DNA from: an uncultured Alphaproteobacteria bacterium | GTDB lineage: Bacteria; Pseudomonadota; Alphaproteobacteria; HIMB59; GCA-002718135 | Length of the DNA: 64,000 nucleotides | Assembly: GCA_902522865.1 (NCBI GenBank) | Contig: CABYXC010000001.1 | Location: 121,693 to 185,692, forward strand | Reading direction: 5' to 3' | Shown here: piece by piece, positions 55,848-64,000 of the stretch | How positions within the stretch are numbered: position 1 is the first letter of the stretch | How the letters are laid out: every line of letters starts with the position of its first letter | Made by a program: the position numbers and the translations under genes | Notes under the pieces: model-generated | What the model saw: only the letters and a program-made list of their open reading frames with translations | What the model was told of the DNA's origin: nothing | Databases searched by the model: none

Positions 55848-57295
55848 GTATTTTAATTTATTTTATATTAGGACTTCTTACATCACTTTTATTTCCTCCG
55901 TATTTTTTCTTACCCCTAGGTTTTATCATTTTCCCCTTTCTATGTCTGCTATTAGATTCAACTAGAAAAAATAATAGAAATTTAAATATTTTTAAAAATT
56001 TTTCATTTTTTGGCTTTGGGTTTTTTATAAGTTATTTATTTTGGGTTAAAAACCCTTTTTTTGTTTTTGAAGAAACAAAAAATTTTTTTCTAGTTTTTTT
56101 ATTATTAATAATCTTATTGTCTATAATTTTAAGTTTAATATTTACATTAATTGCAATGTTAGGAAAAAATATTCCAATAATATTTTTAATTCCATTTATG
56201 TTTACTATTAGTGAATATATAATCTCAGTATTATTTTATGGATTCCCTTGGTATACGTTCTCTTTGGTTATTTCTAGTAATGAATATCTACTTTTATCAT
56301 TAAAGTTTTTTGGTACATTAATCTCAAGTTATTTGATAATTCAGATTTTCTGTTTGCCTTTTATTTTATTGACCAAAGTAAAACTGCAAAAGGACATTAA
56401 ATATTTTACATTTATTATCGTTTTGCCAATATTTTTTTTAATGATCACAAATGTTAATCATAAAGTCAATAATTTAAAAACCAACTTATTAGATTTAGAA
56501 ATTTTCCAATTAAATTTTAAAAATAATGACAAATCTTTAACACCCGAAAAAAAACTAAAAATAATAACTAGTAATGTTCGAGAAAGTACTGCAGATTTGT
56601 TAATATTTGGTGAAAATAATTTTCCTTATCTCTTAGATGACATTAATCTAAAAATATTCAAAGATTCTTTAAAAGAAAATCAAGTATTGATTATTGGTGC
56701 TACAAGATTTGAGAATAATGAATATTATAATAGTTTAATCAGTATCACTAAATCAAAAGTAAATTACTTTGATAAAAAAATCCTCGTACCTTTCGGAGAA
56801 TTTTTACCACTTAGAGATACATTCACTTTTTTAGAGAGTATTGTTGGTCCACACAACTATTCAGATGGTAAGGAAGAAAGAATTATTAATTTACCAAATA
56901 ATATAAGTTTTGTTCCTGTAATTTGTTATGAAATAGCTTTTTATTGGAAACTATTAAATAAATTAAATTATAAAAGTAATTTTATTATAAACATAACTAA
57001 TGATTTTTGGTTTGGTAAATATTTAGGACCATATCAGCATTTATATTTAACTAAAATCAGAGCTGCAGAATTTAATAAACCAACAATACGTGTATCTAAT
57101 AATGGAATCTCTGCCGTGATAGATAATAATGGAAGCATAATAAAAAAAACTAAACTAAACAATATTGAAAAGTTTAATCATAAATTATTTCTCCAAGAAA
57201 ATATTAATTTTGTTAATCAGCATTTTTTACTTAAAATTTATTTTTTTATTATATTTCTTTTAATCACTTTCTATTATTTAAGAAAAAATGTTTAA
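55844..57295 (+). CDS. lnt: apolipoprotein N-acyltransferase
   Basis: 483 aa. Polytopic N-terminal half plus a nitrilase-like domain (ICYE catalytic Cys). Confidence 0.85.
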   Translation: MSILIYFILGLLTSLLFPPYFFLPLGFIIFPFLCLLLDSTRKNNRNLNIFKNFSFFGFGFFISYLFWVKNPFFVFEETKNFFLVFLLLIILLSIILSLIFTLIAMLGKNIPIIFLIPFMFTISEYIISVLFYGFPWYTFSLVISSNEYLLLSLKFFGTLISSYLIIQIFCLPFILLTKVKLQKDIKYFTFIIVLPIFFLMITNVNHKVNNLKTNLLDLEIFQLNFKNNDKSLTPEKKLKIITSNVRESTADLLIFGENNFPYLLDDINLKIFKDSLKENQVLIIGATRFENNEYYNSLISITKSKVNYFDKKILVPFGEFLPLRDTFTFLESIVGPHNYSDGKEERIINLPNNISFVPVICYEIAFYWKLLNKLNYKSNFIINITNDFWFGKYLGPYQHLYLTKIRAAEFNKPTIRVSNNGISAVIDNNGSIIKKTKLNNIEKFNHKLFLQENINFVNQHFLLKIYFFIIFLLITFYYLRKNV

Positions 57296-57944
57296 TAGTA
57301 ATAACCTAAATCGATTATTTGGAAGGACAAGAGGAAGAAGTAAGAAAAAAATAGATTTAACAAAATATTATCAAACAGTTGCTAAATATAAGTTTCAAAA
57401 TTTCAATAAAAAAGTAGATTATATTTTAGACATTGGTACTGGTTACGGTGAAACCAGTATTTTTCTTGCAAAGCAATTTTCAGAAAAAGTTGTTATATCT
57501 TGTGAAAAATACATTGATGGAAACATAATGTTACTAAAAAATATTGAAAAAAATAAGATAAATAATATTCGATTGCATAATGGAAATGTTTATGATGTCT
57601 TAGAAAGTACAAACCAAAAATGTTTTGGACTTGTGTGGATATTTTTTCCTGATCCATGGCCAAAAAATAGGCATGCTAAGCGTAGATTGATTACTACTGA
57701 TTTTTTGATAAAAATTCATAAACTTTTAAAAAAGGACTGTAAGATATACATAGCTACAGACTCAATGATCTATACAAGGTTTATTTTAAATTCAATTTAC
57801 AATTGTAGGGATTTTTTTATCTGGCTTAATCAATGTGAAATAAATTTAGATATTAAAGATTATTTCAATATTGAGACAAAATATTATAAAAAAGCAATTA
57901 ATTCTCAAAGAAAACCATCTTTATTTATCTTAAGAAAATTATAA
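57288..57944 (+). CDS. trmB: tRNA (guanine-N7)-methyltransferase
   Basis: 218 aa. DIGTGYGE SAM motif and FFPDPWPK signature. Confidence 0.9.
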   Translation: MFNSNNLNRLFGRTRGRSKKKIDLTKYYQTVAKYKFQNFNKKVDYILDIGTGYGETSIFLAKQFSEKVVISCEKYIDGNIMLLKNIEKNKINNIRLHNGNVYDVLESTNQKCFGLVWIFFPDPWPKNRHAKRRLITTDFLIKIHKLLKKDCKIYIATDSMIYTRFILNSIYNCRDFFIWLNQCEINLDIKDYFNIETKYYKKAINSQRKPSLFILRKL

Positions 57945-57986
57945 GCTTGAAATTCTTTAAAATATTAATATACGCATTGTTAATAA

Positions 57987-58010
57987 GGTGGGTTATCCCA
58001 CCTTTTTTTT
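57987..58010 (+). terminator. rho-independent terminator after trmB
   Basis: GGTGGG-TTAT-CCCACC hairpin followed by T8. Confidence 0.8.
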
Positions 58011-58016
58011 ATAAAT

Positions 58017-59555
58017 ATGGCTAAAAAAAAATATAATGTAATTAGAGAAGAAATGCTTCAAGTTGCGTCTAATGTAGCGCAAGAAAAAAATATTGATCAA
58101 GACTCAGTTTTTTCAGCAATGGAACAAGCACTAGAAAAAGCTGCAAGAGTTAAATACGGTCAAGAAATTGATATAAGAATTGTTATAGATAGAGCCACGG
58201 GTGATATTAAGTTAAACTCATATCTTGAAGTAGTTGAAAATATTAATGAAGAACTACAATCTAGGCAAATTCTTTTAAAAGATGCTCAAAAAACTAATCC
58301 AGATATAAATTTAGGAGAGTTCATTGTAAAAGAACTACCACCTATTGAATTAGGAAGGGTTGCAGCACAAAATGCAAAAGGTGTTATTATTCAAAAAGTA
58401 AGAGAAGCGGATAAATCTAATCAATATGAAGAATATAAAGACAAAGTTGGTGAAATTGCTGTTGGCATTGTGAAGAGGACTGAATTTGGAAACCTAATTA
58501 TAGATTTAGGAAAGAGTGAAGCAATTATAAAAAGAGAAGAACTTATTCCTAGAGAGACCTTTAAAAATGGAGACAGGGTGAGAGCCTATATTTATGAAGT
58601 TAAAAATGATGTTAAAGGGTATCAAGTTTTTTTATCGAGAACACATCCACAATTTTTATCAAAACTATTTTTTCAAGAGGTGCCTGAAATATATGAAGGC
58701 GTAATTGTTGTTAAAAGTGTTGCTAGAGATCCTGGATCAAGAGCAAAAATTAGTGTTTTCACTGAAGACTCTACGATAGATCCAGTAGGGGCTTGTGTTG
58801 GAATGAGAGGCTCAAGGGTGCAAGCTGTTGTTAACGAATTACAGGGAGAAAAAATAGATATTGTTACGTGGTCAGATAACCAAGCTACTTTTCTTGCAAA
58901 TGCACTTGCTCCAGCAGAGGTAAGCAAAATATTTTTATATGAAGAAAAAAATAAAGTCGAAGTTGTAATCCCTGATGATCAACTAAGCCTTGCAATTGGA
59001 AGAAAAGGTCAAAATGTTAAATTAGCTTCTAATTTGACTAATTTAGAAATAGATATTCTTACTGAAGATGAAGAAGCAGAGAGAAGACAACAAGAATTTA
59101 AAGAAAAAAGTGTTTTATTAGCTGAAAGTCTTGATGTTGAAGACGTTATTGCACAGTTATTAGTTACTGATGGGTATACAACTGTTGACTCTATAGCAAC
59201 GGAAACTTTAGAAAATTTAGAAAAAATAGAAGGTTTCGATACTACTTTAGCACAGGAAATAATTGATAGATCTAAAAGTTATGTGAAAGACAAAGAAGAG
59301 GCTGACAAAAAACTAATAGAAGAAAAAATAGAAGATGAAAAATTAAAAAATTTGAAAGGTATGAACAATAGTATTTTGGCAAAACTTGCTAAATCAAATA
59401 TTCTTAATGTTAATGATTTTGCAGATTTAGCTACTTTTGAACTTATAGACAAAGAAGAAGGTATTTTAAAAGAACTAGATATTGATGAAGAAATAGCTAA
59501 TAATATGATAATGGAAGCAAGAAGTTACTGGTCTGAAGAACAAAATAAGGATTGA
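58017..59555 (+). CDS. nusA: transcription termination/antitermination factor NusA
   Basis: 512 aa with S1, two KH (GMRGSRVQ, IGRKGQNVKL) and C-terminal HhH repeats. Confidence 0.95.
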   Translation: MAKKKYNVIREEMLQVASNVAQEKNIDQDSVFSAMEQALEKAARVKYGQEIDIRIVIDRATGDIKLNSYLEVVENINEELQSRQILLKDAQKTNPDINLGEFIVKELPPIELGRVAAQNAKGVIIQKVREADKSNQYEEYKDKVGEIAVGIVKRTEFGNLIIDLGKSEAIIKREELIPRETFKNGDRVRAYIYEVKNDVKGYQVFLSRTHPQFLSKLFFQEVPEIYEGVIVVKSVARDPGSRAKISVFTEDSTIDPVGACVGMRGSRVQAVVNELQGEKIDIVTWSDNQATFLANALAPAEVSKIFLYEEKNKVEVVIPDDQLSLAIGRKGQNVKLASNLTNLEIDILTEDEEAERRQQEFKEKSVLLAESLDVEDVIAQLLVTDGYTTVDSIATETLENLEKIEGFDTTLAQEIIDRSKSYVKDKEEADKKLIEEKIEDEKLKNLKGMNNSILAKLAKSNILNVNDFADLATFELIDKEEGILKELDIDEEIANNMIMEARSYWSEEQNKD

Positions 59556-61804
59556 AATTGGATAAAGATAAAGGAAACAAAAAAAAACCACTCAAATTAT
59601 CTTCTTCAGGAAGATTACAAATAAGAAAAAATTTAGGTCCAGCAGGTGATAAAGTAAAAAGTAGTGGTAGTAAAAAAACAATACAGATTGTTTTTAAAAA
59701 TAAAAATAACCAACAGAAAAGTTCATCCACAACTCAATCTAATTTCAGAGGATCCTCTAGTTTAAGAACACAGAGACAAGGTATAAATTCATCACCACAG
59801 CCAAATTTTTCATCTCCAAACAAAAATAGAAATTTTGAAAATAAAAACAAAAAAAATGTAGATAAAAAAACCCAACAAAAAAAATCAACTCTAAGACCAC
59901 TTGAAGATGACTTTAGTAAGTCTGATGCAAAAAAAATACTAGAACAAGAAGAACAGGAATTTGATAAATTCCCAAGTTTAGCTAAAATAAAAAGAGCTAG
60001 AGAAAAAGAAAGATTAAAATCAGTAAACGAAAACGGAGAAGATGCGAGTAAAATCTCTAGAGAAATTTCAATACCTGATTTTATTACTGTTCAAGATCTA
60101 GCAAATAGAATGGCAGAAAAAACTGCAGACGTAGTTAAGGCTCTAATGAAAATGGGCGTTATGGCAAATGCAACACAATCTTTAGAATCTGATACAGCTC
60201 AATTAGTTGCAGAAGAATTAGGTCATAAAGTAACTATTGTTAAAGATGATGATGTATTGAATGATATTAATGATTTTGAAGATCAGGAAGATAGTCTCAT
60301 TAAAAGAGCTCCTGTAGTAACAATAATGGGTCATGTTGATCACGGAAAAACTTCTTTACTTGATGCTTTTAGAGAAAGTAATGTGGTGTCTGGTGAGGCT
60401 GGTGGCATTACACAACATATTGGTGCTTATCAAATTAACAATAATGATAAAAAAATTACATTTATTGACACACCTGGTCATGCAGCATTCTCGAATATGA
60501 GAGCTAGAGGATCTAAAACTACTGATATTGTCATACTTGTTGTGGCAGCTGATGACGGTATTAAACCTCAGACAATAGAATCAATTGCACACGCAAAATC
60601 TGCTGAAGTCCCTATAATAGTTGCTATCAATAAAATTGATTTACCTGGAGCCGATCCTGATAAAGTTAGAAATGAATTACTAAGTCATGAAGTTATTGTT
60701 GAAAAATTAAGTGGTGATGTCTTAGATATTGAAGTATCTGCAACTAAAGGAACTAACTTAGATAAACTTGAAGAGGCAATTCATTTACAAGCAGACCTTC
60801 TTAACCTTAAAGCAAACCCTGATAGAAAGGCTAGGGGTTCGGTAATTGAATCAAAACTAGAAAAAGGCAGAGGTTCAGTTGCAACAGTCTTAGTTCAAAA
60901 AGGAACACTAAAAGTAAGTGATATTTTTATATCAGGTTCTGAGTGGGGAAAAGTTAAAGCTTTAATTGATGACAAAGGTAAAAATATAAAACATGCAGAA
61001 CCTTCTGTACCAGTTGAGGTTCTTGGATTTGACTCTAATCCATTAGCCGGTGATGACTTTATTGTAGTTGAAAATGAAGGTATTGCTCGTAAAATTGCAG
61101 AATTTAGATCAAGTAAACTACAAATTCAAAAAAATACAGTCGCTAAATCTAATGTTGAAGAGATGTTTGCTCAAATTAATAAAGGTGAAGCAACAAGTTT
61201 GCCAGTAGTAATTAAAACTGATGTTCAAGGTTCAGCAGAAGCAATTGAAAATTCAATAACTAAACTTTCAACTGATGAGGTTAAAGTAAATGTTATTTAT
61301 AAAGGTGTAGGTGCAATTACTGAGAGCGATGTTACTTTAGCTGGTTCTGGTAAAGGTTTTATTATTGGTTTTAATGTTAGAGCACTACCTCATGCAAGAG
61401 ATATAGCAAAAAGAGATGGTGTAGATATAAAATATTATTCAATTATTTATGAACTTATTGACGATGTAAAAAATCTTTTAACTGGTTTGCTAAAACCTGA
61501 TATTTCAGAAAATATCACAGGTAATGTTGAGATTAGAGAGGTCTTTAATATATCAAAAGTTGGTAATATTGCAGGGTGTATGGTTAAAGATGGCCTTATT
61601 TCTAGAAAATCACAGATTAGAATTCTTAGAGATAACATTGTAATTCATAAAGGGCAAATTAGTAGTTTAAAAAGATTTAAGGAAGAAGTATCAGAAGTAA
61701 AGTCAGGTTTTGAGTGTGGTGTGATGTTGGATAATTATAGTGACATAAAAGTAGGTGATATTATTGAAACATTTGAAGAAGTGTCTACAAGTAGAAAGTT
61801 ATAA
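59552..61804 (+). CDS. infB: translation initiation factor IF-2
   Basis: 750 aa. TTG start overlapping the nusA stop (TTGA). G-domain GHVDHGKTS, DTPGH, NKID. Confidence 0.95.
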   Translation: MKLDKDKGNKKKPLKLSSSGRLQIRKNLGPAGDKVKSSGSKKTIQIVFKNKNNQQKSSSTTQSNFRGSSSLRTQRQGINSSPQPNFSSPNKNRNFENKNKKNVDKKTQQKKSTLRPLEDDFSKSDAKKILEQEEQEFDKFPSLAKIKRAREKERLKSVNENGEDASKISREISIPDFITVQDLANRMAEKTADVVKALMKMGVMANATQSLESDTAQLVAEELGHKVTIVKDDDVLNDINDFEDQEDSLIKRAPVVTIMGHVDHGKTSLLDAFRESNVVSGEAGGITQHIGAYQINNNDKKITFIDTPGHAAFSNMRARGSKTTDIVILVVAADDGIKPQTIESIAHAKSAEVPIIVAINKIDLPGADPDKVRNELLSHEVIVEKLSGDVLDIEVSATKGTNLDKLEEAIHLQADLLNLKANPDRKARGSVIESKLEKGRGSVATVLVQKGTLKVSDIFISGSEWGKVKALIDDKGKNIKHAEPSVPVEVLGFDSNPLAGDDFIVVENEGIARKIAEFRSSKLQIQKNTVAKSNVEEMFAQINKGEATSLPVVIKTDVQGSAEAIENSITKLSTDEVKVNVIYKGVGAITESDVTLAGSGKGFIIGFNVRALPHARDIAKRDGVDIKYYSIIYELIDDVKNLLTGLLKPDISENITGNVEIREVFNISKVGNIAGCMVKDGLISRKSQIRILRDNIVIHKGQISSLKRFKEEVSEVKSGFECGVMLDNYSDIKVGDIIETFEEVSTSRKL

Positions 61805-61816
61805 TGTTTTTTTACA

Positions 61817-62182
61817 ATGGATACGCAGAGGCAGATTAGATTTGGTGAACTAATAAGATCTTTACTAAGTGATTGTTTACTAAAAGAAGATTTTTTTGAC
61901 GAAAATATTAATTCCGCGTCTATTACGATATCATTTGTTAGAATGTCTAAGGATTTAAAAATTGCAAATGTATACTTTATGCCTCTCGGCGGAAAAGACA
62001 AATCAGAAATTTTAGATGTTTTGCATGATAGAAAATATATTTTCCAGAAGTTTCTTTCAAAAGCAAAAATTAATTCAAAATTCACTCCAAAACTTTTTTT
62101 TTATTTAGATGATACATTTGACGAGGCAGAAAAAATTGAAAATCTATTACTAAACAAAAACGTCCTCAGAGATATTAAGTAA
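61817..62182 (+). CDS. rbfA: ribosome-binding factor A
   Basis: 121 aa in the conserved position after infB. Confidence 0.85.
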   Translation: MDTQRQIRFGELIRSLLSDCLLKEDFFDENINSASITISFVRMSKDLKIANVYFMPLGGKDKSEILDVLHDRKYIFQKFLSKAKINSKFTPKLFFYLDDTFDEAEKIENLLLNKNVLRDIK

Positions 62183-63087
62183 TGATTTCAAAACAGGGTT
62201 GGATAAATTTATATAAACCTAAAAATATTACATCTTTTAAAGCTATTAATACTATTAAAAAAAAATTTTCAATTAGTAAAGTTGGCCATGCAGGCACTTT
62301 AGATCCTATGGCAGAGGGTGTACTACCAATTGCTATAGGAAAAGCAACAAAGCTAATTCCATATATTAGTAATATGAATAAAGAATATGAGTTTACAGTA
62401 ACATGGGGAAGCCAAACAACAACAGATGATGCAGAAGGTAAGATTATATTTGAATCAAACTACCTCCCAAAAAGAAAAGAAATAGAAAAAAAAATTATTA
62501 AGTATATTGGTTTTATAAATCAGATACCTCCAAAAGTTTCAGCTATTAAAATTAATGGTAAAAGAGCTTATAAATTATTCAGAGAAAATAAAAAATTTAC
62601 AATTCAACCAAAAAAAGTTTTTATTGAGGATTTGTGTATTACTGATCATCGTAATAACAAAACATCATTTAAAATTTTGTGTGGGCAGGGCTTTTATGTC
62701 AGAAGTCTAGCTCGTGATTTAGCTATAGATCTCAAAACATATGGCCACATTTCTTCATTGAAAAGGTCTAAAGTAGGTAAATTCAGAGAAAAAAATTCGA
62801 TTTTACTGGACGATTTACTAAAAATAGGACAAACGCACGAAGAAATTAATTGTATCTCCACTACAATTTCTATGCTGGACGACATCTTGGCTTATGAAAT
62901 TGAAGAAAAATTAGATATTAAAAATTTATCTTTTGGAAGATCCATTAAGATTGATGAAAAAAAAATTATAAATTCTTCGTCAATAAACTTAGATAAAAAA
63001 AATATTTTTTTATTTAAAAAAGGAGACATTGTCTCAATAGGCAAATTAGATGGTAATTTGTTTAAACCAAATAAAATATTAATATAG
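62182..63087 (+). CDS. truB: tRNA pseudouridine(55) synthase
   Basis: 301 aa. [11 protein letters not shown] catalytic-Asp motif. Confidence 0.9.
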   Translation: MISKQGWINLYKPKNITSFKAINTIKKKFSISKVGHAGTLDPMAEGVLPIAIGKATKLIPYISNMNKEYEFTVTWGSQTTTDDAEGKIIFESNYLPKRKEIEKKIIKYIGFINQIPPKVSAIKINGKRAYKLFRENKKFTIQPKKVFIEDLCITDHRNNKTSFKILCGQGFYVRSLARDLAIDLKTYGHISSLKRSKVGKFREKNSILLDDLLKIGQTHEEINCISTTISMLDDILAYEIEEKLDIKNLSFGRSIKIDEKKIINSSSINLDKKNIFLFKKGDIVSIGKLDGNLFKPNKILI

Positions 63088-63095
63088 GAGAACCG

Positions 63096-63365
63096 ATGTC
63101 GATAACTAAAGAATATAAGAAAAATCTTATTAATGAATTTTCTAAAAATGAAAAAGATACTGGATCAGCAAGTGTTCAGATAGCAGTTTTAACAGAAAGA
63201 ATAAAAAATTTAACTGAACATTTTAAGACTCACAATAAAGACAATCATTCAAAAAGAGGACTAGTATCATTAGTAAACAAAAGAAAAAAATTATTAAACT
63301 ACCTATCTAAAAAAAATAAATCTGAATATTCAGATTTAATAAAGAAATTAAATATTAGAGGTTAA
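63096..63365 (+). CDS. rpsO: 30S ribosomal protein S15
   Basis: 89 aa. [16 protein letters not shown] and HSKRGL blocks. Confidence 0.95.
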   Translation: MSITKEYKKNLINEFSKNEKDTGSASVQIAVLTERIKNLTEHFKTHNKDNHSKRGLVSLVNKRKKLLNYLSKKNKSEYSDLIKKLNIRG

Positions 63366-63386
63366 AAAAGAGGATAAATAAAAATT

Positions 63387-64000
63387 ATGTTTGATGTGAA
63401 AAATGTAGAAATTGAATGGGCTGGAAGAAAACTTAAATTAGAAACAGGAAAAATAGCAAGACAAGCTGACTCAACAGTTATAGCCACTTATGGTGGTACG
63501 ACAGTTATGTGTAATGTAGTTGCTGCAAAAGATTCAAATCCAGATATGGATTTTTTCCCTTTAACAGTAAATTATCAAGAAAAATATTATTCTGTAGGGA
63601 AAATACCCGGTGGTTTTTTTAAAAGAGAGGCTAGACCAACTGAAAAAGAAACATTAGTTTCTCGATTAATTGATAGGCCAGTTAGACCTCTATTCCATAA
63701 AGATTTTAAAAATGAGACCCAAGTTACTTGTACTGTATTATCACATGATCAAGAAAATGACTCAGATGTTGTAGCAATGGTAGCTTCAAGTGCTGCATTA
63801 ACTTTATCTGGGTTACCATTTTTAGGACCACTAGGAGCAATTAAGATCGGTTTTATAGATAATGAATTCGTTGTTAATCCAAGTAAGAGTCAATTGTCAA
63901 ATTCTAAATTAGAATTAGTATTGGCAGGGACTAAGGAAGGCGTACTAATGATCGAGTCTGAAGCTCACGAGCTTTCTGAAAAACAAATGTTAGACGCAGT
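63387..64000 (+). CDS. pnp: polyribonucleotide nucleotidyltransferase, N-terminal part (runs off window end)
   Basis: Translation from the ATG at 63387 gives [73 protein letters not shown].., the typical PNPase RNase-PH domain 1. It is not in the ORF track because it lacks a stop. Confidence 0.9.
   Translation, partial: MFDVKNVEIEWAGRKLKLETGKIARQADSTVIATYGGTTVMCNVVAAKDSNPDMDFFPLTVNYQEKYYSVGKIPGGFFKREARPTEKETLVSRLIDRPVRPLFHKDFKNETQVTCTVLSHDQENDSDVVAMVASSAALTLSGLPFLGPLGAIKIGFIDNEFVVNPSKSQLSNSKLELVLAGTKEGVLMIESEAHELSEKQMLDA

Noticed and set aside
61735-62085. 116-aa minus-strand ORF covering the infB end and rbfA
   Set aside because: It is antisense to two highly conserved genes in a canonical operon, so it is a shadow ORF. 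The same applies to 59497-59730, 31232-31565, 31746-31943 and 37252-37479.
1-64000. Scan for tRNA, rRNA, tmRNA and CRISPR arrays
   Set aside because: The only GC-rich islands outside coding sequence are short terminator stems (17851, 30024, 41069, 57987). No cloverleaf-sized GC-rich segment or spaced repeat array was seen. A covariance-model scan (tRNAscan-SE, Infernal) would be needed to be certain.

Overview
Strongly AT-rich, very gene-dense chromosome segment with many 1-14 nt gene overlaps and few spacers over 100 bp. Gene content and order resemble a streamlined marine alphaproteobacterium (SAR11/Pelagibacterales-like); that is inference from composition and synteny only. No rRNA, tRNA, CRISPR array, transposase or integrase was recognised. 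Layout: (i) 1-10.6 kb holds mixed housekeeping and transport genes: M48 peptidase, purine salvage add plus a PfkB kinase, orphan SBP, cytochrome c, msrPQ, MFS, two small Zn-ribbon proteins and a frameshifted DMT permease. (ii) About 10.6-46 kb is one long phosphorus-acquisition region. It contains a UgpAEC-like ABC importer and a composite phosphonate-catabolism locus (phnA-phnY-SBP plus three uncharacterised enzymes; phnW-cupin-metallophosphoesterase; an HD-domain PhnZ-like oxygenase plus a CX5R phosphatase). It also holds PiT with its DUF47 partner, arsC, an insertion bounded by duplicated arsC/ppk ends, ppk-sixA-ppx, an aquaporin, a second plcP-agt pair, a SET-domain gene and phoR-pstSCAB-phoU-phoB. 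The insertion carries an acyltransferase, a secreted acidic beta-helix protein and one plcP-agt lipid-remodelling pair. (iii) 46-64 kb is conserved housekeeping: murJ, trpS, nfu, cell-wall enzymes, tsaB-rimI, miaB-phoH-ybeY-corC-lnt, trmB, nusA-infB-rbfA-truB-rpsO-pnp. The best candidates for undescribed biology are the accessory genes embedded in the phosphonate locus and the duplication-bounded lipid-remodelling insertion. A 7-4-7 direct-repeat motif also recurs upstream of six P-related transcription units. All functional calls rest on motifs read from the translations and on gene context; no database search was possible.
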